Position numbers and translations under genes: made by a program. DNA of 64,000 nt from the human T2T-CHM13v2.0 reference genome, Homo sapiens, in the NCBI RefSeq assembly GCF_009914755.1, contig NC_060938.1. One strand, given 5' to 3'. Positions 1 through 18,099 of this stretch are shown here, one piece after another. The notes under the pieces were generated by a model that saw only the letters and a list, made by a program, of their open reading frames with translations, ran no database searches and was not told the DNA's origin. Each line of letters begins with the position of its first letter. Position 1 is the first letter of the stretch.

Positions 1-266
1 ATTGAGTTTGAATAATGTAATATGTACGCTTCATTTTAAAAAATTACTTAAAAAACAGAGATAACACAATGACTGTGAAGACTGAATTTGAGTTGCTTCT
101 GTTCCATGTAACCATTTGGAGTTTTCGTGTTTAAAATTTAAAATTGCGAAGCAGTGTGATACAGTGTTTTGCCATGTTTTTATTTGACAAATGCACATTT
201 TAGTTAATAACTAAATATTTTTACTAGATTTGAATATTACCTTTAAAATAGATAATTCCTTTTGCT

Positions 267-556
267 TATTTATTTTTGAGAGAGGGTCTCCCTGTCACTC
301 AGGCTGGAGTGCAGTGACTGCAATCAAGGCTCACTGCAGCCTTGACTGCCCTGGCCCAAGATCTTCCCACCTCAGCCTCCCAAGTAGCTGGGATCACAGG
401 TGTGCACCACCATGCCCAGCTATTTTTTTTTATTTTTGTAGAGTCGGGGTCTCCTTATGTTGCCCAGGCTGGTCTAGAACTCCTAGGTTCAAGTGATCCT
501 CCTGCCTTGGCCTCCCAAAGTGCTGGGATTACAGGCGTGGGCCACAGCGCCCGGCC
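267..556 (-). mobile_element. Alu SINE (AluJ-like)
   Basis: T-rich tail followed by reverse-complement Alu body ending ...GCGCCCGGCC; J-type positions (CACTGCAGCCTTGAC). Confidence 0.9.
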
Positions 557-721
557 CCCTTTTATTTTAAATCTAAAGAAGACTCGAGAAAAAAAACATT
601 ACGTCAGTAGTAGATTTAGGAGATGCACTACTAATACTACGTAAGTTTCTCTTGTGCTGCCTGGGAATAAAAATAAACACTTAACACTAACTTGGGGCTC
701 ACAACATGCTTGACACTGTTC

Positions 722-725
<4 letters not shown>

Positions 726-763
<38 letters not shown>
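726..763. repeat. (CA)n microsatellite
   Basis: Uninterrupted CA run. Confidence 0.97.
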
Positions 764-766
<3 letters not shown>

Positions 767-1013
767 ATTTTAAAAGTCCTCATCTACTCTTAAAGGTAGG
801 TCCTGCTATTATCCTTATTTTTGTAGATAATAATATAGTCTGGGGCGCAGAGGTCTGCTCAAGATCATCCAACTGGAGTGGCAGCGCTGGAATTAGAGTC
901 CAGGCAGTGTGGCTTCAATGCCTGAACTCTTAGCCATTAGAAAGGAAAAACAAAGCAAAATCAGTATCCGCAACAACCTTGCAGGCACGGAGGCCCTCAG
1001 AAGGGACAGGAGA

Positions 1014-1320
1014 GGCCGGGCGCGGTAATCCCAGCACTTTGGGAGGCCGAGGCGGGCGGATCACCTGAGGTCAGGAGTTGGAGACCAACCTGGCCAACGT
1101 GGTGAAATCCTGTCTCTACTAAAAATGTAAAAAATTAGCCGGGTACGGTGGCGCGCGCCTGTAGTTCCAGCTACTTGGGAGCCTGGGGCGGGAGAATCGC
1201 TTGAACCGGGAGGCAGAGGTTGCAGTGAGCAGAGATCGCGCCAGTGCACTCCAGCCTGGGCGATAGAGCGTGACTCCATCTCAAAAAAAAAAAAAAAAAA
1301 AAAAACAAAGGAAAAGAAAA
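1014..1320 (+). mobile_element. Alu SINE (AluSx-like), CpG-rich, 13-nt deletion near 5' end
   Basis: GGCCGGGCGCGG start, poly(A) tail, TSD AGAAGGGACAGGAG at 999-1012 and 1321-1334. Confidence 0.95.
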
Positions 1321-1349
1321 AGAAGGGACAGGAGGGCCTCCTTCCGCTC

Positions 1350-2120
1350 CTGACCAGCCCCTGCTGGCCCGTGGGCAGAGGGAGAGCCGGCTTCCAGGGA
1401 CCTCAGGGAGGGACGTTTGGGAGTGCTCTCTCAGCGTCCCCTCCACCGCCCTCTCTACACCCTTGCCGCGCCCCTGTCCTCGTCGGCCAGGCCAAGGTTT
1501 CTCCTGGCCCTTCCCAGCTTCCGGCCCTTTGCTCCAGGCCAGGTCGCAGGGCCAGACGGTGCCAGGAGCTCGCGAGTCCTCTGTTTACTGTTTGGTTTCC
1601 ACGGTGACACGTAGGCGCCGTCAGCGACTCCCGTCACCGCCCCGCAGCGCGGCCCCCACCCGGCGCCGTGACGCCGGCCCGCCGCTTCCGCTCTGCCCAT
1701 ATTTGGCTCAGCCACTGCGCCGCCGGCCCGGGGTAGGCTGTGGGCGGGACTCCCGCCGCGCCCCGCCCCCGGTCCCTGCCCCGCCCCTGGAATGCTGGGC
1801 GAAGGCTCCGAGCCACGAGACCCCCGCCTCCTGTCCCGGGACCCACCCAGGCGGAGGCAAGGGCAGGGGCGCTGGGGGCCCAGAGAGAGGGCGCCGCGAT
1901 GGATGGATGAGCTGTTTCCAGCATTCCTGTGCGTCTGCTGGTTGTAGCTGCAGTCAAGATTTGGGGCGGTCTCGTTTGTTGTGGGTGGGTGATCTGGGAT
2001 CACGATTTTCTCACTCTGTGCCCGGAAATCATGCCATCTCTCGCCCAACGCTGTATTTTATAGGCTTCAACTCAAAATTTTCCTTCATGGCACAGTGGAA
2101 AGCTTTGAAGACGGCGGTTC
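1350..2120. promoter_or_regulatory. CpG island / probable promoter
   Basis: Very GC- and CpG-dense non-repeat DNA. TGTTTAC 1582-1588; X-box-like GTTTCCACGGTGAC 1595-1608; CRE half-sites 1619, 1632, 1669; ETS CTTCCG 1685-1690; CArG CCATATTTGG 1697-1706; GC boxes ~1760-1790; possible + strand donor GGG|GTAGGC at 1733. Confidence 0.85.
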
Positions 2121-2477
2121 TGGGGTCAGTGTTGCCCCTCGGGGGATAAGTGACCTTGGGAAGGCCATTTTCCTTTTCCTGGCATGATAAAACGAACCGT
2201 GGGGGTGGTCCATAATGGTTGCAGCACTGTCATCAGGCTTGTGAGGGGAGCTTTTCCATCACCCTCTAACCACCCCCTCCCCAGGACATAACTGGAATAT
2301 CAGTGAAGTTCTTTGAGCATCGACCCCCTACAGTTCTGCCCCCTGTGGTGATTGGATTTGTGTGTCTCTGCACCTTGCTCCTATTAGGCGCTTAATGAAC
2401 TTTAGTTAACTGATTATTGAATGAATAATACGAATCACCTTCATAAATCCGGACCCCTGCAATTCCTCTTCCAGGCC

Positions 2478-2505
2478 GGGCGAGGGGGAGGGTAGGGGAT
2501 GGGGG
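2478..2505 (+). other. Potential G-quadruplex
   Basis: GGGCGAGGGGGAGGGTAGGGGATGGGGG: five G3+ tracts with short loops. Confidence 0.6.
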
Positions 2506-3532
2506 AGAATATTGAGATGATTAATAATCGCGCGGCAGGGTTGCTGATGTAAAGCGATTTGCAGATCTAAAGGGCAATAAGCATTCCTGGGAGAAATCCA
2601 GTGAGATTCCAGAAGTCTCTGAGGGAGCCGTGGGTGTGTACCGCCGGGCCCAGAGGGCGGGGGTGGGGCAGGCAGTGCCGCAGTGGCCGCTGCTGGGGAG
2701 CCGATTGCAATTGCGAGGAGAAGCGTGGGGTTAATCCTTCAAGACGCCTGTCACCATCCTCCCACCCCCATCCCTGCCCCCTAGATTCCCCAGTTCCTCT
2801 GGCTGAAGGAGTGTGTGTTTTCCAGAGTTTCAGAGCTGGAAGTCACATCGGAGACTTTTAATCTAATTTAACCTATTTCGCTAACAGGGAAATTAAAGCT
2901 CAGAGAAGTTGGTTCGACCATCCAAACTTGCACAGCTAGTTAGAAACTGATAAAAGTCAGGATATCTAGCTTCAAATAGTGTTCCACATCGCCTAGGTGC
3001 TTCTAATTTCCTGTGCTTCAGAACCCTGTTGCCTGGCTCAGCTGGTGGGTTGTACATTTAGGCTAAATATTGACTTCAGGGCTCTTAAAGAACGCCATTG
3101 TCACGTCTGCTGCCACACGCAGCCCACACCATGACACCAGGGCCTGGGGGGGATGGCCAAGAATTGTGTACTTCCTAAAGCCTCAAGCATTCCTCCTTAG
3201 AGCAGCTGGAATGGTCACCCCTGTCCAGGGAACAGGAGTCGGCTGTTCTGAAACCAGTCTTAGTCTAGCAGTTGGTCACTTTTCATAGTTACCCAAGCCT
3301 TGCATTAAACTTTTCTCAGCCAAGATTACAGCAGGAGGCAGGAGTAGCCCTAACCCTTTTCTGCTGTTTGGAAGTCTTTTCATGGCACATGGAGGGTTCC
3401 TTGCTGGGGGTGGGGAAGAGTGCCTCTTCAATGCTTCTCTCTTTCTCTTTCCCCTTTCAGTCTCACCCAACTTCCTCTTACACGCTGTTTCTTCCCTAAC
3501 TTCTAGGCTGAATATGAAGGCAACTCGGACTA

Positions 3533-4252
<720 letters not shown>

Positions 4253-4292
4253 CTATTTCAAATTCCACCCCTTGCCTAAAAACTTTTCCTGA

Positions 4293-4774
<482 letters not shown>

Positions 4775-5150
4775 TAAGCCCCTGTTTATTAATTAATTGA
4801 TTAGCTTCCACAGAAACAACTGAGGTTTTGCTTCAATAAACCTTGCAGAACTCTTAGTTCTTTAGGGACTCTGGATAGTGATCTAATCAAATATGGCCTT
4901 GCACAGTAAGTCATTTCACAAAGCAATTTCACAAGAGAACACTAACATCACCCAGAGTGGGATGAGGAAGTCTGAAATTTGAAGTGGACTCTCAGAAAGA
5001 TGAGGAAGGTGGCGGTGCTGTAGACAGGTCAAAGGACAATGACTTAGGAGAGGTGGGTCTCTGCTTCTGGGATAGAAGACGCAGCACGGGCCCTAGAGTT
5101 AGCTTCATATCCAGACTCTACCACTTGCTGTATGTCCCTGGGCAAGTTTA

Positions 5151-5499
<349 letters not shown>

Positions 5500-5689
5500 G
5501 TACCTATCTCATAGTGATACAATGAGGGTGAATTAGCTGGTATTTGTAAAGTGCTAAAGCAACACCTTGCACCTCGTAAGTACCATGTAACTGTTTGTAA
5601 ATGAATTTTCCAGCTTAGCTGTCTTGTCATTGGAATGGGGATTGATTATATGTTCTCTTGGTTCCCTCGAGCAGTGACCTTTCAGGGCA

Positions 5690-5900
5690 GTGCATAAGCT
5701 TTGGGGTCAGGCAGGTCTGGGTTGACTCCTATCTTTGTCGGTAGTTGTGTGACTTTGCACAGATAACTTCTCGGAACCTCAGTGTTCTTATCTGTGAAAT
5801 GGGAATAATTGTGTCTACTTCAAAAGACTGTTGTGGGTATTGCATGTTTGTAATGTGCCTGGCACAGAAGGAGTGTAATAAACAGAAGCTATAGTTATTA
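5690..5900 (+). mobile_element. MIR SINE
   Basis: TGTGTGACTTTG...CCTCAGTGTTCTTATCTGTGAAATGGGAATAAT resembles the MIR core. Confidence 0.7.
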
Positions 5901-6893
5901 TTGTGGACAAGAGCAGCCACATGTAAAGGAAAATAGAGTTTCCAAGGTCATTGAAGTTTCCAGAAAGACTGAACATATCAGATAGCAATGAGACCAGCTC
6001 AACTTGTGGAGCTTGGTGGGAGGGTGGGCCTGGGTCTGCGCCAGGAGTAAATATCACCCCATTTGAGGAAGCAGAAACGGTGTGACTTGCACATCAGCTC
6101 TAAGAACATTTTCTGCTCCAGGGCTGTGCTGAGGGCGTGGACCCACTGGGGCTGGATGCCAGGAGCTGGAGGCCTCTCCGGCTCTCCTTCCCAGGAGGGG
6201 AGATTTTAGTAGAGAGGGTGTGGGTGGGCCTTGGAAACCTCTTGTTGTGTGTGCGTGGGGTGCGGGGGAGTGTCAGAATGGCCCAGGGATATCTGGCCTT
6301 GGTAGGTGTACTCCCAGGCCTGGGGTGGCCTTCCTCATGGCAGAACCTGCCTTCACGGCTCCTCAAAGCTGCCATCCTTCACTCCAACTGAAGACACCCC
6401 TGACTGATTGCCTGCAATTATCCGAGGAGTGGGGGAAGGAGGGTTTTGGTAGTCTTGCAGCCAAATTAATCTTAATTCCCTTCAACTCGTGTGGAAAAGT
6501 ACCCAACGAAATATGCAAATGCTGCATGTATTCCTTCAGTAAAGGGGAAGGAGGGTTGCAACATCAAACAATGATAGGGTGTCGCAATCCTAAACGTGTG
6601 AGGAATTACTCTTAAGGTCCTCGTACTTGACAGCTCCGGGCCCCCATGACACATGAGGAGTTTTGTGCTCCGAAACAGGCCAGGGCCAGGGTGTCTACCA
6701 CGCTTACCACTAGCTGTGATTTGGGGGCCTCAAACACAGCCTGAGACCTGGCAAAACCATCTTAGGAACTGGGGATCACAGAGGACTCTGCAAACCTCCT
6801 TCTAAACTCATATTTCCAGTAATGGCAACAGGGTGGGCCCTTAATAGCTCCTGGAGCAGAAATTGAAGGTTGAGCTATCTTTAAAAAAAACAT

Positions 6894-7014
6894 GGCAGGC
6901 GTGGTGGCTCATCCCAGCACTGTGGGAGGCTGAGGTGGGAGGATCACTTGAGGCCAGGAATTCAAGACCAACCTGGTCAACATAGTGAGACACCATCTCT
7001 TGAAAAAAAAAAAA
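6894..7014 (+). mobile_element. Alu monomer (FLAM/AluJ left arm)
   Basis: Single left monomer with A tail. Confidence 0.85.
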
Positions 7015-7419
7015 CAACATAGCTTATGAAGAGTCATGAAGGTGCTAATATTGGCTGTTCCTGGGTAGGAGGGAATGTGTTTTTATTTTCTTCTTTTTGC
7101 TTGTCTGTACTTTCTGATTGCCTTTTTTGGCAAGCACATATTGCTTTTGTAATAGGAAAAAAATATTTTCAAAACGTTCTCAGCAAAGTAGTATGTTTGT
7201 TTTTAAAATAGATGACAACATAATAAATGGGAAGTTTCCAACACCTCCTCACTTTTTAAAAAAAACTTTTCCCAAAAGAAATACATGCTCCTGGTAGAAA
7301 CCTTTGAAAATTCAGATCATCAAAAAATAAAGAAAATAAAAATTGACTGTAATCCCATCACAGGAATAACCACTGTCAACATTTTTAATTCTACCTTTCC
7401 AATACACACACTAGTTTCA

Positions 7420-7680
7420 TTTTTTATTTATTTTTTGGACAGAATATTGCTCTGTCACCCAGGCTGGAGTAGTGCAGTGGCACGGTCCTAGCTCACTGCA
7501 GCCTTCAACTCCTGGGCTCAAGTGACCCTCCTACTTCAGCCTCCTGAGTAGCTGAGACTAGAAGCACATGCCACCACTCTGGGCTAATTTTTTATTTTTT
7601 ATAGAGATGGTGTGTGTGGGGGGGGTCTCACTATGTTGGCCAGGCTGGTGTCAAACTCCTGGCCGCAAGGATCCTCTCTG
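7420..7680 (-). mobile_element. Alu SINE (AluJ, partial)
   Basis: Diverged reverse-complement Alu. Confidence 0.85.
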
Positions 7681-7836
7681 CATGTTAGTTTTCTACTTCA
7701 ATTCACATACTGTAGTTTTTGCAAAAACAGGACCATGCTGTAATACTTGTAATTACAAGTATTGTCATTTTGCTTCTTCTACATGGTAGTTCATGGACAT
7801 CAAATTTTTTTTACATGATCACTTTAATAGTCATGA

Positions 7837-8174
<338 letters not shown>

Positions 8175-8678
8175 TTAACCAACCCTATATTGTTGAACCT
8201 TTGGGTTGTTTCCAAATTCTGTGCTATTGTAGAAATGCTGCAGGGACCTCTGTACACATCTAAGTTGACTTTTTCAGAAATGGGCCAAAGGGTGTGCACA
8301 TTTTTAAGGCTTTCGAAATGTAGTCGTGCAGTTAGTACGCTGTCAAACAGGACAATGTGCAGTCCCTGTTATCACACAGGAGGGTAGTATTGGTTCAACC
8401 AGTTTCTAGCTGCGTAATCTTGAGAAAACTACTTACTGTCTCTACACTTCGATTTCCTCAAGTGTAAAACTGGAATGATAGTAGCTATTGGATAAGATTG
8501 CTGTGAGGGTTAAATGAAAAAAATGTGGAAAGTGATGCCGGGCCCAGCACATGGTGAGCTCTCAATGAATGCTGGTTGTGTCTGACTTAAAGATTATCTT
8601 CTTTTCAGGGGAAGATAGGCTTGGAGACTGACGTTCGATTTCCTGGAAAAGTTGGGAGCAGGTGGAGATGGTAAATGA

Positions 8679-8967
8679 GGCTGGGTGCAGTGGCTCATGC
8701 TGGTAATTCTAGTACTTTGGGAGACCGAGGCTGGTGGATCGCTTGAGTTTAGCAGTTCAAGACCAGCCTAGGCAACATGGTGAAACCCCATCTTTACAGA
8801 AAATACAAAAAAAATTAGCTCAGCATGGTGGCATGCACCTGTAGTCCCAGCTACTTGGGAGGATCAACTAAGCCTGGGAGTTTGAGGCTGCAGTGAGCCA
8901 CAATCATGCCACTGTACTCCAACCTGGGGGCAACAGAGTGAAACCTTGCCTTAAAAAAAAAAAAAAA
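8679..8967 (+). mobile_element. Alu SINE (AluJ-like)
   Basis: Dimer with internal deletion, A tail. Confidence 0.9.
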
Positions 8968-9452
8968 GGGTGAATGAGGAAGATGCTGGGGAGGGCAAGC
9001 GAGAAGAGGATAAGCAATAGAGGAGCTGATGGTGACGAGGTAAAGAAAGGATTAGTAGCGGGGAGAGCAGGGGAGGATAGGAAGAGAATGGGAACTGGAA
9101 GGACAGAGGTGAGATGTCCACATGGGCCATTTGGTGCAGGGCCCCCGGGAGGCAGAACCATGCAGTAGTCACTTTGGGAACTGGGGGGCTACCTCAATCA
9201 GGTCTGGGTGAGCCTGTGTCCTCTGGTCCCTGGCCCCATCGAGCTGCCCCTTCCTGCCCTCCTCTGTCTCAGCCTCATCTTGCATCACTCCATGCCTGTC
9301 TTCTCTCAGTTCCTTGAGTAAGCATGTTCCTCTCTGTTGCGTGACCTTTGTACATTCTGTCCCCTCCCCCGCCACCCCCCGCACAGGAACTCTACTCTTT
9401 CCTGGCTAACTCCCACACATCCTTCAGATCTCTAGCTTAAAGCTCACTTCCT

Positions 9453-10340
<888 letters not shown>

Positions 10341-10537
10341 AAGCCTATGCATTTATGACCAATGAAATGCTTTTACACCCTCTCCTGTGGCTCCAATTCC
10401 ATCTTGATTGATGTTGGTTGCTTGGTCGAAGGAACAGGACATTTGGGGGCTTCAAGGGAGGCCTTAGCCAGCTCCTTTCCTACCCTCTTTTCCTTTGAGG
10501 AAGAAGCTTCCCTTTCTATGACTAGACACTTTCAACC

Positions 10538-11020
<483 letters not shown>

Positions 11021-11083
11021 TTCACATTTCGGCATCTGTGATCTACAGGCCGCTGGGATTTCCAGGCTTTAAGTTGAGTCGCT

Positions 11084-11100
11084 GCGCCCCCTCTTGACCA
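11084..11100 (-). promoter_or_regulatory. CTCF-like motif
   Basis: Reverse complement TGGTCAAGAGGGGGCGC; CpGs retained locally in unique DNA. Confidence 0.55.
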
Positions 11101-11249
11101 CTAAAGGATATGACAATCTTCGACCGAGGGGATAAAGACACCGTGCATGAATTGTAAAACACATCACACTCTTGGGGAATAGGATCTTCTCTAAAAGCAA
11201 ATGGGCATATGGATTCCGATAGCATTAGTACATTTATTCTTCATTTTAA

Positions 11250-11904
<655 letters not shown>

Positions 11905-12579
11905 CTCCTTTTTTTTTTTTTCTTCCTATTTTTTATATATGGTGGTAAAATACACACAACATTTGCCATCTTAACCATTTTTAAGTGTCCAGGTCAGTGG
12001 TATTAAATACATTCACAATGTCGTGCAGCTGTCACCACCATCCCACCATCTGTCTGTCTCTAGAACTCTGTCTCCTAAAACTGAAACCCTGTACCCATTA
12101 AACAGTAATTTCTTATTCTTCCCTCTCCCCAGCCCCTGGCATCCACCATTTTACTTTCTGTTGCTATGATTTTAAGGGACTTTATATAAGTGGAATCATA
12201 CAGTGGGTATCCTTTTCTGACTGGCTTGTATCACGTAGTATAATGGCCTCAAGCTTCATTCAGGCTGCAGTATGTGTTGGAATGTCTTTCCTTTTTAAGG
12301 CTGAATAATATTCCATTATACATATACACCACGTTTTGCTTATCCATTCATCATTGATGGACATTTGGGTTGCTTCTACATTTTAGCTATTATGAATAAT
12401 GCTGCTATGAACATGGGTGTACAAATATCTCTTTGAGATCAGCTTTCAGTTTTTGGGGGTATATACGCAGGGTAGAATTTTGGGGTCATATGGTAATTTT
12501 ATTTTTAATTTTAAAAGAAACCCCCACACTGTTTTCCACAGCAGCTGTGCCATTTTACATTCTCACCAACAGTGCATAG

Positions 12580-13384
<805 letters not shown>

Positions 13385-14052
13385 TAGTGATGTCGAACAT
13401 CTTTTGTGCTTATTTATTAGCCATTTATATATCTTCTTTGGAGAAATGTCTATTCAAGTCCTTTGGCCATTTTTGAACTGGGTTGTTTGCTTTTTTGTTG
13501 TTGAGTTTTAGGAGTTCTTTATATATTCTGGATATTAATCCTTTATCAGCTATATGATTTGCAAATGTTTTATCTCATCTTGTGGGTTGCTTTTTCACTC
13601 TGTTGCTAGTGTCTTTTCTTGCACAAAATTTAAAAATTTTCATGAAGTCTAATTTGTCTATTTTTTCTTTTATTGCTTATGCAATAAAAGTGTCATATCC
13701 AGAAAAATCATTGCCAAATCTAATGTTGTGAAGCTTATCTCCTGTGTTTCCTTCGGTGAGTTTTACAGCTTTAGGCCTTACATTTGGGTCTTTGATGCAT
13801 TTTGAGTTAATCTTTGCATATGGTGTTAGGCAAGTGTCCAACTTCATTTACACGTGGATATCCAGTTTTCCCAGCACCATTTGTTGAAAAGACTGTCCTT
13901 TCCCCATTGAATGGTCTTGGCACTTTTGTCAAAAATCACTTGATAATAGTCAAGTTAATTAATAATTATATTGATTAACAATTAATATAATTATAAAATT
14001 ATATTTTATGACTACATTGGTATAAAGAAAAATATATTAATATTATATATTA

Positions 14053-14370
<318 letters not shown>

Positions 14371-15975
14371 TAAAACTTTTTTTCAATGTAAAAGTTAATT
14401 TTTTTCTTCTGATTTTCAAAAGAAATGAAAACATGTTTATGTATTCCTAAACATATCCTGGGTCTCGGGCATGATACCTCCTGTGTGAGCCCTGCTCTCC
14501 ACACGGTGGCAGGGTTCTGTCTCTTTATGATGTGTGCAAGATGACACTAGATGCTATGAGGACCATGTGTTTTTTAAGCAGGTAACCACACTGAACATGT
14601 TAAACAATATGTATCATGTGCTGAGTGTTTACTGTGTGCCAAGTGCTTCAAACTCATCATTTAAGTTAAAGAACAGCCCTGTCAGATAGGAACTACTCTC
14701 TGCCCTCCATGGCCAGCATATACAAAGAGGTATATTTTTCCAAATGCTTCCATACATTGTTTCTAAATGTATATTACAGTCCATAGTATGAGGGACACCA
14801 GGGGACCCTCCAGTGGGCGCTACAAGATCTTAGGGAAGAGGGAAGCTGAGGGTGGGCTTTGGAGAAGAGTCATTACAGAGATGAAGTGGCAGGTGGCATG
14901 GAAAGGTATTTGGGAAGTGCGGAGGTGACAATAAGAACGGCACATTGGAGCGTCATGAGGAGACTTCCCAAGATGGAAGGGACTTGAGGTCTGGAACCGA
15001 GGGTGACCGGCAGGGTGGGTTTTGGAGAGTGAGAAACGTGGGCCCAATCTAATGTTCAGTGGAAGGTTCTTTGTCTCCCTAAGCCCTAAAATCCAGCGGT
15101 AAATCATCAATAACATAGCAAAGTTTTAGCCACCTTCCCTGTCTCAGTTCCTTCTTTGTTAAATGAGAGTCACGGTGCTTGCCCTGCAATCTCAGAGACT
15201 CAGTTCAAATGATTGTCAGCCCCATAGGTGGGGGAGCCGGTGTCTGATTCCGGCTGTATTGTCAGGGCCTCAGTGCTCAGTACAGGTTTGGTGGAGGAAT
15301 GGACGCCATAGCCTACAATCCCAAAAGCTGCAGCCGCAGGAGGCAGCGTGGCTGGAGAAGGGTCCCGAGCCAGAAGAGGGCGCTCTTCAGCAAAACAAGG
15401 TTTGAAGGAAACCGCCAGGATGTTTCTGCAGGATGGCAGATGGAATTCACTTTAGGCTTTAGGATTTAGCAGGTCAAATCATTGCATTCTTATATCTAAA
15501 CCTACCTCAGCCCTGGTTTCCTAACTAGAAAAAAGGACTAAAATGCAGTTTATTTCCTCTTTTTAAAAATTGTCCTCTTAATGCTTTAGGCACCTAAGAG
15601 AGATGCAATTATTTTTACTTTGGAGAGGCTTAAAAGAGCCACTGATTTCCTATAGCTCATGATTCCGCAGATCAGGGATGAAGGCAGGACTTGGCTGGGA
15701 ATTTTTCTGCTGATTACAGCAATGACTGAGATCCTCCGTGGTATTCAGCGGCAGGATGAACTGGTCTGGGGGGTCTGAGATGGCTTCACTCACATGGCAC
15801 AGAAGTAATTTTACATTTTGTGTGGTTATTTGACCATTGTCTGTCTCCCTTACTAGTCCAGAGGCTCCCAAAGGGTAGGGATTGTGTCTTTCTTGCCTAT
15901 CATTTTATCCCTAGTGCCTAGCACAGTGCTGACCCATTAGAGTGTTTAATAAATATGTGTTAACTGACTCAATGA

Positions 15976-16681
<706 letters not shown>

Positions 16682-16867
16682 TGAAAAGTGTTGGGATCAT
16701 CAGAAAAAAGGCATAGGTGGGAGTTGATGATGATAGTAGCTCAGTAAGTATGCAAATTGAGCTAAGCCCTTTATAACCTGGCTGTTGGTATTATTTATCC
16801 CCATTTTACAGATGAGGAGCTGAGGCTGCTGTTACACAGCTTCAAAGGTTGATGCACAAGAAACATC

Positions 16868-17456
16868 TTTTTTTTTTTTTTTTTTTTTTTTTGAGAGACA
16901 GAGTCTTGCTCTGTCACCCAGGCTGGAGTGCTGGAATGCAGTGGCATGAGCCTCTGCCTCCCGAGTTCAAGCAATTCTCCTTCCTTAGCCTACTGAGTAG
17001 CTAGGACTACAGGTGCACGCCGCCACGCCCAGCTAATTTCTTTTGTATTTTAGTAGACATGGGGTTTCACCATGTTGCCCAGGCTGGTCTTGAATTCCTG
17101 AGCTCAGGCAATCCGCCTGCCTCGGCCTCCCAAAGTGCTAGGATTACAGGCGTGAGCCACCGCGCCAGGCCAGAAACATCTTTTTTGTATCTCAAAGCAG
17201 ATGGCTGGGTGCGGTGGCTCATGCCTGTAATCCCAACTCTGGGAGGCCGAGGTGGGCGGATCCATTGAGGCCAGGAGTTTGAGACCAGCCTGGCCAACAT
17301 CTCTACCAGAAATACAAAAATTAGCTGGGCGTGGTGGCGGGTGCCTGTAATCCCAGCTACTTGGGAGGCTGAGGGAGAAGGCGGAGGTTGCAGCGGGCCG
17401 AGATCGCGTCACTGCACTCCAGCCTGGGCGACAGAGTGAAACAAAACAAAACAAAA
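16868..17456. mobile_element. Head-to-head Alu pair (- 16868-17171; + 17203-17456)
   Basis: Alu matches with a 31-bp spacer. Confidence 0.92.
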
Positions 17457-18099
17457 ATTTTAAGCACAGCAATAACTTGCTTGTTCCCTGATAGTCCTGG
17501 GAGTAAATTCAGGATTATCGAGGACCAAGCAAATTATTAAAATTGATTATTTGGGAGATAAAAACCCGATGAAATAGCAAAAGGGTAGACGCCATGTTTT
17601 CAAATTAGTCACAAATATTCTGGATTCTTGCTTCTACAGTTATCCGAATAAAAGCAGCAAAACCACCCCAAAATTTGAGGTGAACATTACTTGGATGTCT
17701 GTCACCACATTCACCTAAAGCTGTTCCTTAACATCCACATACTTGTTTGTTTTTCTTCCTGGATTTATTTATTTTTGATGTTTCTACACACCTGGACTGC
17801 TCTCTGACATGGTATGCTTCTTTCGTTTTATCAAGTAACAGGCTGGCCTTTAGTCACAAGTGTGGCATTCGGGAAGCCAACATGGTTTAGTGATAGGGTT
17901 CTTGTTGGGTGTGCAGATTGGGGCATTTCACAGATTATCTGATGCTCAGTCTCTCTATGGGCTCTGCCTTGCCTAAAGGGCAAGTGTGTGTTCATCAAAC
18001 AGGGCTTCTTTAGGCCTTGTTACTGTGATGGGGGAAATACTCCAAAGTGCCAGGAAACCCTGCCCGGGCAGGGAGCAGGACTTCTCAGTATCCCAGGGA

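Noticed and set aside
1455-2149. Long overlapping ORFs (228 aa +, 197 aa -) across the CpG island
   Set aside because: Low-complexity Pro/Arg/Gly/Ala content expected from stop-poor GC-rich DNA; non-ATG or weak starts; no recognisable domain.
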